A DNA stretch of 63,861 nucleotides, filler included, from an uncultured bacterium (GTDB lineage: Bacteria; DAOPZR01), in assembly GCA_964637655.1 (NCBI GenBank). It is 4 parts of 4 records of this genome, joined end to end, with 100 filler letters (N's around TTAATTAATTAA, not from the genome) between each part and the next. Parts side by side here need not be neighbours in the genome. Positions count along the whole stretch, not along the records: positions 55,874 to 63,861 come from CAZWUZ010000182.1; 3 more parts are not named here. The stretch is one strand, 5' to 3'. Positions 56,362 through 63,861 of the stretch are shown in pieces. Every line of letters starts with the position of its first letter. Positions within the stretch are counted from its first letter, which is position 1. The notes beneath the pieces were generated by a model, which was not told the DNA's origin, did not search any database, and worked only from the letters and a program-made list of their open reading frames with translations. The position numbers and the translations under genes were made by a program.

Positions 56362-57192
56362 ATGATGACGACAGGTGAATGGCTGAAAGCGGCGGAACAG
56401 CGCCTGACGGAAACAAGGTCATCATCCCCGCGTCTCGACGCGGAGGTGCTGCTCGCCCATGCGCTGCAGTGCGAACGCACGGCGCTGCTGGCACATCCCG
56501 AGCGCGACCTGGGCGCGGCGCAGGCGGCGGCTGATGCGCTGCTGACGCGGCGTGCCGACGGGGTACCGGTCGCGTATCTGACCGGGCACCGCGAGTTCAT
56601 GGGACTCGATTTCATCGTGACCGAGGATGTGCTTATCCCGCGGCCCGAGACGGAACTGCTCGTCGAGACGGTGCTGGAGCGCGAACAGGGGTTCACCGGG
56701 CGCGCGCTGGAACTCGGGACGGGGTCGGGCTGCATCTCCATCACGCTGGCGACCCGGGGCACCATGCAGTTCTTCGCGTCGGACGTGACGGTCACGTCGG
56801 TGAAAGTGGCGCAGCGCAACGTGCGCGCACTCGGGGTTGCCGACCGCGTGCGCCTGGCCGTGGTCGACTGGGACACCGCCTGGCGCGGAGGCTTTGACGT
56901 GCTCGTCAGCAACCCGCCCTACGTCCGCGACGGTGAGTACAACTGGCTCGGGCGCGGGGTCAAGCGCGAGCCGGTCATCGCGCTGCTCGGCGGCGACGAC
57001 GGGCTGCGCTTCTACCGCTCGCTCACCCGCAACCTCCCCAAGCTGCTGGTGCCCGGCGGCCGCTTCTACTTCGAGATGGGCATCATCGCCCCGATGGTCG
57101 AAGACCTCTTCCGCACCGCCGGCTATAACGATATCGAGATGCTCAACGACCTTTCGGGCTGGCCCCGCGTCATGGTCGGCCGCCTGCCGTAG
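56362..57192 (+). CDS. prmC: Release factor glutamine methyltransferase
   Basis: VLIPRPETE, LGTGSG, SNPPY. Confidence 0.93.
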   Translation: MMTTGEWLKAAEQRLTETRSSSPRLDAEVLLAHALQCERTALLAHPERDLGAAQAAADALLTRRADGVPVAYLTGHREFMGLDFIVTEDVLIPRPETELLVETVLEREQGFTGRALELGTGSGCISITLATRGTMQFFASDVTVTSVKVAQRNVRALGVADRVRLAVVDWDTAWRGGFDVLVSNPPYVRDGEYNWLGRGVKREPVIALLGGDDGLRFYRSLTRNLPKLLVPGGRFYFEMGIIAPMVEDLFRTAGYNDIEMLNDLSGWPRVMVGRLP

Positions 57193-57435
57193 TCGCCCGC
57201 CGGTATTGTTCTGGTAGGCAGCAGCAGCCCCCAGTCCCCACCCAGTCGCCCACCCAGTCAGCGGTGCAGTTGTTGGGGTACACAGGATGCAATTATAACC
57301 ACCACAGTCGGATACATGCATAGAACGCTCCCCCCCGGTTCGGCTACGATGTCATGAAAAATATGCTAAACTGTGCAACGCGCGTGATACCGCACCTGTA
57401 TATATAAGCAAACGCGGTAGGGGGCATGGCCGGGC

Positions 57436-59871
57436 ATGGCACTGAAAAAATCGGATCTCTACAGTTCGCTCTGGCGCAGTTGTGACGAATTGCGCGGCGG
57501 CATGGACGCCTCACAGTACAAGGACTATGTGCTCGTTCTGCTTTTCATGAAGTACGTGTCGGACAAGTATGCCGGGCGCAAGGATGCGCTTATCGAGGTG
57601 CCCAAGGGGGGCGGCTTCGCTGACTTGGCGGCGCTCAAGGGCGATCCCAACATTGGCGAGAAGATGAATGGTATCATCAGCAAACTGGCTGAGGCCAATC
57701 ACCTTGCTGGCGTTATCGATGTTGCCGATTTTAACGACGAAACCAAATTGGGGCGCGGCAAGGCGATGGTTGACACCCTGTCTAATCTCGTCGCCATTTT
57801 TGCCGATCCGGCGCTCGATTTCCGCGGCAATACCGCTGGCGGTGACGACATTCTCGGTGATGCCTACGAATACCTGATGCGGCATTTCGCCACTGAATCG
57901 GGGAAGAGCAAGGGGCAGTTCTACACGCCGGCTGAGGTTTCGCGCGTGATTGCCAAAGTCATCGGCGTCACCGGGGCGAAAAGCAACAGCCAGTCGATCT
58001 ATGATCCGACCTGCGGGTCCGGTTCGCTGTTGCTCAAGGCGCATGACGAGGCGAAAAGCGCCACCGGACGCGACCTGTCGGTGTACGGTCAGGAAAACGA
58101 CAATGCCACCTACGCCCTGGCGCGCATGAACCTCTTCCTGCACGACTGCCCGACGCATGAAATCTGGAAGGACAACACACTGGCCGCGCCGCATTTCACG
58201 GAGAAGGATGGCACCCTCAAACGTTTTGATTTTGTCGTCGCTAATCCACCTTTCTCGACCAAATCATGGAGCAATGGCTTCGATCCCGCGCATGATCGCT
58301 ACGGGCGTTTCGCCTACGGCCTGCCGCCGGCCAAGAATGGCGACTATGCCTTCCTGCTGCATGTGCTTGCCTCACTCAAGAGCACAGGCAAAGGGGCGAT
58401 CATTCTGCCGCATGGCGTGCTCTTCCGCGGCAATGCCGAACTGACGATACGCCGCGAGATCGTCAAGCAGGGGGTGATCAAAGGGATTATCGGACTGCCC
58501 GCCAACCTCTTTTATGGCACGGGCATCCCCGCCTGCATCATCGTCTTCGACAAGGAAAATGCCGCCGCGCGCACGGGAATCTTCATGCTCGACGCGAGCA
58601 CGGGGTTCATCAAGGACGGCAATAAGAACCGTTTGCGCGAGCAGGATATCCACCGCATCGTCGATACTTTTACCCGGCAGGCGGACATTCCCGGCTATGC
58701 GCGCATGGTCTCACGCGCGGAAATCGAAAAGAACGACTACAACCTCAACCTGCCGCGCTACATCGACAGCGGCGTGGCGGAGGATGTGCAGGACCTTGAC
58801 GGGCATTTGCGTGGTGGCATTCCCGTGCGCGATATCGACGCGCTGGCGCCGTACTGGGTGGTACTGCCGTCGCTGCGCAATGAACTGTTCAAGCCGGCGA
58901 AGCGCGCCGGCTATGGCGAATTGAAAGTGGCGGTGCCGGCTATCCGCCAGACGATATTCGGCCACGAGGAATTTACCGCGTATGGCAGAACGGTCAAGGC
59001 GTTGCTGAAGAAGTGGCAGGCGGGCCATCGCGAGTCACTGCGCGGCATCAGCCGCACCACCCGGCCGAAGGCGGTGATTGGTGCATTGGGTGAAGATATC
59101 CTTGCCGCCTTTGCCAAAGCCAAACTGCTCGATGCCTACGACATCTACCAGCATCTGATGGATTACTGGGCGACGACGATGCAGGACGATCTCTATATGC
59201 TCGTCGAGAGCGGGTGGCAGGAGGCAGCGAAGCCGCGGCAGATACTCGACAAGGAAAGGCCGGATTTCATCGTCGGCAAACTGAAATTCAAGGCGGAACT
59301 GCTGCCGCCGGCACTGCTGCTCAACCGCTATTTTGCCGCAGAGAAGCAGGCGCTGGACACACTGGCGGGCGAGTGCGCTGCGCTCGACCAGCAACTCGCG
59401 GAACTGCGCGAGGAGCAGGGTGGTGATGATGGGGCGCTTAGTGAGGTCGTGGACGACAAGGGGAACATCAACAAAGTCAGAGTGGTGGCACAACTCAAGA
59501 AGATCAAGGATGACAAGGACGCGAAAGAGGAACGTGAGGCGTTGACTGCCTATCTGGCGCTGCTTGAGCAGGAAACCGGGGCGTCGCGCCGGCACAAGGA
59601 GGCGCAGCAGGCGCTGGACGACAAACTGGCAAAGAAATACGGGGCGCTCACCGTTGAGGAGATCAAGGTGCTGGTGGTCGATGACAAATGGCTGGCCGCC
59701 ATTGCCGGGGCGGTGCAGAAGGAACTCGACCGCGTGTCGCAGGCGCTGGCCGGGCGCATCCGCGAACTGGCCGAGCGCTATGCCGAGCCGCTCCCCGCGC
59801 TGGAACAGGAGGTGGCTGCGCTCTCCGCCCGTGTCGCCGCCCACCTGAAAAAGATGGGGGTGCAGGCGTGA
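57436..59871 (+). CDS. hsdM: Type I RM methyltransferase subunit (long form)
   Basis: LRGGMDASQYKDY, GQFYTP, DPTCGSGS, NPPF, PHGVLFRG. Confidence 0.95.
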   Translation: MALKKSDLYSSLWRSCDELRGGMDASQYKDYVLVLLFMKYVSDKYAGRKDALIEVPKGGGFADLAALKGDPNIGEKMNGIISKLAEANHLAGVIDVADFNDETKLGRGKAMVDTLSNLVAIFADPALDFRGNTAGGDDILGDAYEYLMRHFATESGKSKGQFYTPAEVSRVIAKVIGVTGAKSNSQSIYDPTCGSGSLLLKAHDEAKSATGRDLSVYGQENDNATYALARMNLFLHDCPTHEIWKDNTLAAPHFTEKDGTLKRFDFVVANPPFSTKSWSNGFDPAHDRYGRFAYGLPPAKNGDYAFLLHVLASLKSTGKGAIILPHGVLFRGNAELTIRREIVKQGVIKGIIGLPANLFYGTGIPACIIVFDKENAAARTGIFMLDASTGFIKDGNKNRLREQDIHRIVDTFTRQADIPGYARMVSRAEIEKNDYNLNLPRYIDSGVAEDVQDLDGHLRGGIPVRDIDALAPYWVVLPSLRNELFKPAKRAGYGELKVAVPAIRQTIFGHEEFTAYGRTVKALLKKWQAGHRESLRGISRTTRPKAVIGALGEDILAAFAKAKLLDAYDIYQHLMDYWATTMQDDLYMLVESGWQEAAKPRQILDKERPDFIVGKLKFKAELLPPALLLNRYFAAEKQALDTLAGECAALDQQLAELREEQGGDDGALSEVVDDKGNINKVRVVAQLKKIKDDKDAKEEREALTAYLALLEQETGASRRHKEAQQALDDKLAKKYGALTVEEIKVLVVDDKWLAAIAGAVQKELDRVSQALAGRIRELAERYAEPLPALEQEVAALSARVAAHLKKMGVQA

Positions 59872-59886
59872 CCAGCCGGGATTCTA

Positions 59887-60000
59887 ATTCCCCCGAATCG
59901 GGGGAATCGGCACACCGGCGCATTATGCCGTCATTCCCGAATTGTTCTATCGGGAATCCACGTCATCCCGTCTTTTATCCCCTCTTCCTCCGGGAGAGGG
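59887..60000. repeat. Cluster of palindromic REP-like elements
   Basis: ATTCCCCCG/CGGGGGAAT hairpin, GTC-tagged palindrome at 59930-59960, and a CCCTCT/GAGAGGG hairpin. Confidence 0.7.
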
Positions 60001-60019
60001 TGCAGAATGATGGTGTTGG

Positions 60020-60048
60020 TTGACAGGAATGTCCGGCTGCGCTAAAAT
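60020..60048 (+). promoter_or_regulatory. sigma70 promoter of the TA pair and hsdS
   Basis: TTGACA-17-TAAAAT. Confidence 0.75.
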
Positions 60049-60078
60049 GAATCATATCTGCATCACGGAGGGAATGCG

Positions 60079-60333
60079 ATGCCCAATGCCCAAAGATTGA
60101 TCATTTCGCTGGAACCGGCGCTGCGCCGGTCGATCATGGCCATGGCCGCGCGCGACGGGATGAGCGTCTCGGGCAAGGCGCGCGACCTGCTGCTGCACGC
60201 AGTTGAGGTTGACGAGGACGCGGCGCTGGAGGCGGCAGTGGCGCCGCGTATGCGCGACCGCGCCGCCAAGAGCGTCGGGCATGAGGAATTCTGGCGCACG
60301 GCGCGCAAGCGGGAAAAATCGCGCAAGAAATGA
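60079..60333 (+). CDS. Antitoxin (RHH-like)
   Basis: 84 aa, ARDGMSVSGKARDLL...EDAAL...HEEFW; overlaps the toxin start. Confidence 0.8.
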   Translation: MPNAQRLIISLEPALRRSIMAMAARDGMSVSGKARDLLLHAVEVDEDAALEAAVAPRMRDRAAKSVGHEEFWRTARKREKSRKK

Positions 60334-60617
60334 AGTACCGCATCGAGTACCAGCCGGTGGTGTATGGTGATGTTGCCGGCATGCCCGCCAACCTGCAGCG
60401 GCGCCTGGCCAAGGCCATCGACGCGCGATTGGGGGGGGCGCCTGACCGGTACGGTGAACGGTTGCGCAAGAGTTTGACGGGACTGTGGCGTCTGCGGGTC
60501 GGCGACTATCGCGTCGCCTATGTGATCGATGAACCCGGCAAAGTGGTGACGGTCTGGGCAATTCTGCACCGCAAAGCCGTGTATCCTGCGGTCACCAAAC
60601 GCTGGAAACGTCCGTGA
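60330..60617 (+). CDS. RelE/ParE-family toxin
   Basis: YGERLRKSLTGLWRLRVGDYRVAY...HRKAVY. Confidence 0.92.
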   Translation: MKYRIEYQPVVYGDVAGMPANLQRRLAKAIDARLGGAPDRYGERLRKSLTGLWRLRVGDYRVAYVIDEPGKVVTVWAILHRKAVYPAVTKRWKRP

Positions 60618-61828
60618 GCCGCCAGCAGCAAGTGCCGCCCGGCTACCAGCGCACCGAAGTCGGTGTGCTCCCGGATGATTGGAAGGTCAAACGCCTGAAA
60701 GAAATCGGCGTATTCTCGAAAGGCATTGGCATCAGGAAGAACGAAGTTGTCGCCGATGGGTTGCCCTGTATTCGCTATGGTGAAATCTATACGCATCACC
60801 ATGACTACATCCGCGAGTTCAATTCCTATATTCCGCCGGAAGTGGCGCAAACGGGTCGACGACTGCGAAAGGGTGAATTGCTTTTTGCCGGTTCTGGTGA
60901 AACGGCGGAGGAAATCGGCAAATGCGTTGCATTTCTTGGCGCAGAGGAAGCGTATGCCGGCAGTGATATTGTCATCTTGAGCCCGGAGGAGCAGGATTCT
61001 CTTTTCCTCGGCTACCTTCTGAATCAATCGGTGGCGGTAGAACAAAAATCACGGCGTGGCCAAGGGGATGCGGTAGTCCACATCAGCGCGCGCAATTTGG
61101 GCGAGGTGCGCATACCCTTGCCACCTGCAGAGGAACAGCGGGCGATTGCGGGGGCGCTGGCGGATGTGGATGCGCTGCTGCGGGCGCAAGATAAACTCAT
61201 TGCCAAGAAGCGCGCCATCAAGCAGGCGACGATGCAGCAACTCCTCACCGGCCGCCGCCGCCTCCCTGGGTATGCAGGCAAATGGAATAGCCAATCACTT
61301 GAAGCACTAGAAAAGGTTGGTGGTATCCGTTTATTTCGAGGAAATGTAATTTCAAAAAGAAATATGGAAAACTTCCCGGGCGATTATCCGGTTTATTCCT
61401 CATCGGTCGTTTCGGAAGGAATGTTCGGAAAATACGGAAAGTATATGTTTGATGAAGAGTTGATTACATGGTCAGTTGATGGTGGGGGAGATTTTTTCTA
61501 TCGTCCTCGCCACAAGTTTTCCGTGACAAATGTGTGCGGATATATGAGAGTCAATGGCGCGTTGATGAATTGTCGTTTTTTGGCCGCCCAACTCCAATAC
61601 CTGCACAGTCAAAAACAGTTTGACTATCAATTGAAGGCGCACCCGAGTGTCATTCGGAAGGCATATATTTTGATGCTACCAGAGATGCGTGAACAAACCG
61701 CGATAGCGGAGGTGCTGACGGATATGGACGCGGAGATTGCCGCGCTGGAAAAGCAGCGCGACAAGACGCGCGCGCTCAAGCAGGGAATGATGCAGGAACT
61801 GCTGACCGGGAGGATACGGCTGGTATGA
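60614..61828 (+). CDS. hsdS: Type I RM specificity subunit
   Basis: GVLPDDW, PPAEEQRAIA, EQTAIAEVL...GMMQELLTG conserved regions around two TRDs. Confidence 0.93.
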   Translation: MSRQQQVPPGYQRTEVGVLPDDWKVKRLKEIGVFSKGIGIRKNEVVADGLPCIRYGEIYTHHHDYIREFNSYIPPEVAQTGRRLRKGELLFAGSGETAEEIGKCVAFLGAEEAYAGSDIVILSPEEQDSLFLGYLLNQSVAVEQKSRRGQGDAVVHISARNLGEVRIPLPPAEEQRAIAGALADVDALLRAQDKLIAKKRAIKQATMQQLLTGRRRLPGYAGKWNSQSLEALEKVGGIRLFRGNVISKRNMENFPGDYPVYSSSVVSEGMFGKYGKYMFDEELITWSVDGGGDFFYRPRHKFSVTNVCGYMRVNGALMNCRFLAAQLQYLHSQKQFDYQLKAHPSVIRKAYILMLPEMREQTAIAEVLTDMDAEIAALEKQRDKTRALKQGMMQELLTGRIRLV

Positions 61829-62763
61829 AGAGTTACTATCGGGTCATGCTCGGGCGGGGAAGCAAACACGCGGAACTCTGCCTGCGCGAGGGGTTCATCG
61901 GTGTCGGTTTTGACCTCGAGGAGGATTTGAGCGGGCAACTGCCGGAGGAATGGCGCGAGTTCAACCGCCGCTATGTTCCGATCTACCTGGCCAAACATCC
62001 GGACAAGAAGAAAGTCAGCGCCGGACTTGCCTGTGGGGCAATCTGGACCATCGCCAAGGGGATCAAGAAAGGTGACATTGTTTTGTGTCCTGACGGCACC
62101 GGGGTCTATCGCGTTGGCGAGGTGACTGGCGACTACTATTATGCGCCGGGGCAGGAACTGCTCCATCGCCGCCGGGTCAAGTGGTTCGACAAGACGATCG
62201 AGCGCGCGGCGATGAGCGAAGCGCTGCGCAATTCGACGGGCTCCATCGGCACGTACAGCGATATCACCAGTTATCACGAGGAAATCGAGAAACTGCTTGC
62301 CGGTGCGACGGAGCCCGGCATCATCACCAACCATCCGGAGATCGAAGACCCTGTGGCGTTTGCCATGGAGCGGCATCTCGAGGACTTTCTCGTGCAGAAT
62401 TGGGGCAGCACGGTATTCGGCAAAACCCACGACATTTATGCCGAGGATGGCGAACTGGTCGGCAAGCAGTATCCGACCGACAGCGGCCCGATCGATGTGC
62501 TCGCCGTCAGCAGGGACCGCAAGGAACTGCTGGTCATCGAACTGAAACGCGGCCGGGCCAGCGATGCGGTGGTCGGACAACTGCTGCGCTACATGGGGTA
62601 TGTGATGGAAGAACTGGCGGAGGAGGGGCAGCAGGTGCATGGCGTGATTATCGCGCTGGACGACGATTTGCGCCTGAGGCGCGCGCTGGCCGCGGCACGC
62701 GGCATCACCTTTTACCGCTATCAAGTTGATTTCAAGTTGGTCAAGGGACATGGCGGCGCATGA
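61825..62763 (+). CDS. NucS/DUF91-like PD-(D/E)xK endonuclease with an N-terminal EVE/PUA-like domain
   Basis: KGDIVL..YRVGEV...HRRRVKW N-domain; PIDVLA...VIELK...GQLLRYMG C-domain. Confidence 0.8.
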   Translation: MKSYYRVMLGRGSKHAELCLREGFIGVGFDLEEDLSGQLPEEWREFNRRYVPIYLAKHPDKKKVSAGLACGAIWTIAKGIKKGDIVLCPDGTGVYRVGEVTGDYYYAPGQELLHRRRVKWFDKTIERAAMSEALRNSTGSIGTYSDITSYHEEIEKLLAGATEPGIITNHPEIEDPVAFAMERHLEDFLVQNWGSTVFGKTHDIYAEDGELVGKQYPTDSGPIDVLAVSRDRKELLVIELKRGRASDAVVGQLLRYMGYVMEELAEEGQQVHGVIIALDDDLRLRRALAAARGITFYRYQVDFKLVKGHGGA

Positions 62764-62793
62764 AGAAACGTCAGCGAGCGAGTGGGCGTACCG

Positions 62794-63861
62794 ATGAACA
62801 ATAGGCAGGAGCCGTCGGTCGAGGTCATACGGCGCATGAACCACACGATGCGCCTTGTCATCGCTGCGGCATCATTGCGGACGCCCGGGGTACAGCACGC
62901 CACGCCGTTGCGCTGCTGGCGCGCAGTTGGTGGAGGGCAATGCAGCGGCCGGCTTGTTGTGTCACGCACCGAGGTGCCGCCGGACGCACATTGGGAATGC
63001 CCGCGCTGCGGGTATGGCGGAACCATGGCCGGCAGTATGGGTGGCGAATGGGACTTGCGCCGGTTGCCCCCGTTGGCTGAACCGGGCAAACCGCGGCATG
63101 AACTGCACCCTCTCGAACTCACGGAATTCGACGCGTTGGTGGATACATTGCTGGCGCAACCGGTGGCTGACGAGACCTTTCGCATCGTCCTGCGGGCGTG
63201 CGGTAGCGATCGGTACACGAACCTGACTATTATCGGGCAGGAACGCGAACTGCTTGAAGAGGCACTCGATATCGCGCTGCTGGACCCGCAGGTGAAGCAC
63301 CGGCGCGTGCTGGAAAAGCTGTATCACCGGTTGTCCGTGGAGGGACTGAAGGCGTACAAGCCGTTTGCCGGCACGCGGCAGCGGCGGCAGGAGCCGGCCA
63401 GTGCCGTCGGCGAACGCTGGTATCGTCTGCGCATTACGCTTGACCACGTGCAACCGCGGGTGTGGCGCGAACTGCACGTGCCCGGGCATTGCTCGCTCGC
63501 CACGCTGCACCGGATCATTCAGGCGGCGTTCGACTGGTCGGACACGCACCTGCACGAATTTGTGTTGCCTGGACAAAGAATGTCGCCGACCGGCGATGCT
63601 GATGAACGGATGGAAAAGAAGATGACGTTGGCGGCGGTGGCCCCACGCGAGAAGATGAAATTCCAGTATATCTACGATTTCGGCGACCATTGGCAGCATA
63701 CCATAACGGTGAAGAAAATTACGGTGACGCGTCCGGGTGACAAGCCCGAACTGTTCTGTTTTGCCGGCGCCGGTTCCTGCCCACCCGAGGATTGCGGCGG
63801 GCCGCCGGGCTACATGCAACTGCTGGCGGCGCGCGAACAGGATGGACCGGAAGGCGAAGAG
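62794..63861 (+). CDS. Plasmid pRiA4b ORF3-family protein with a Cys-rich N-terminal extension (3' truncated)
   Basis: My translation gives YRLRITL...VWREL...LHRIIQAAFDWSDTHLHEF, YIYDFGDHWQH and CPPEDCGG. It is open to the window end, so it is absent from the ORF track. Confidence 0.88.
   Translation, partial: MNNRQEPSVEVIRRMNHTMRLVIAAASLRTPGVQHATPLRCWRAVGGGQCSGRLVVSRTEVPPDAHWECPRCGYGGTMAGSMGGEWDLRRLPPLAEPGKPRHELHPLELTEFDALVDTLLAQPVADETFRIVLRACGSDRYTNLTIIGQERELLEEALDIALLDPQVKHRRVLEKLYHRLSVEGLKAYKPFAGTRQRRQEPASAVGERWYRLRITLDHVQPRVWRELHVPGHCSLATLHRIIQAAFDWSDTHLHEFVLPGQRMSPTGDADERMEKKMTLAAVAPREKMKFQYIYDFGDHWQHTITVKKITVTRPGDKPELFCFAGAGSCPPEDCGGPPGYMQLLAAREQDGPEGEE

Noticed and set aside
55727..57436. 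IS end adjacent to prfA and the RM locus as an island boundary
   Set aside because: A contig linker lies between them, so the adjacency is not real.

Overview
GC-rich bacterial draft or metagenome-assembled sequence made of four concatenated contigs (1-18605, 18706-37231, 37332-55773, 55874-63861). They are joined by N runs with a TTAATTAATTAA linker, and there is one internal 100-N gap (18042-18141), so adjacency across these breaks is not biological. Contig A has a hicBA toxin-antitoxin pair whose hicA is split by a 151-bp IS66-ended MITE with an 8-bp target duplication. It also has an interrupted small peptide gene, rpiB/dCMP deaminase/YfhO genes, and a long minus-strand cluster (NifU, histone-like DUF4912, GH57, DsbD, LOG, glycosyl- and methyltransferases). 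Contig B has a deoxyhypusine-synthase-like gene divergent from an ornithine decarboxylase, and secreted thioredoxin and VIT-VWA proteins. It also holds a decaying defence island (intact macrodomain-DarT pair, Bro-N and RhuM among stubs of a helicase, an MmeI-type enzyme and a second RhuM), hisI-trpE-trpG and an ADP-ribosylglycohydrolase. Contig C has transport and metabolic genes, a divergent alr, a K+-channel homologue with a non-canonical filter, a split archaeal-type glutamate synthase operon and rsgA. Contig D has prfA-prmC followed by a type I RM locus with a RelE-type TA pair between hsdM and hsdS, a NucS-like nuclease and a pRiA4b ORF3 protein. I recognised no rRNA, tRNA, CRISPR array, integrase or transposase. 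All product calls come from motif recognition by eye; no searches were run.
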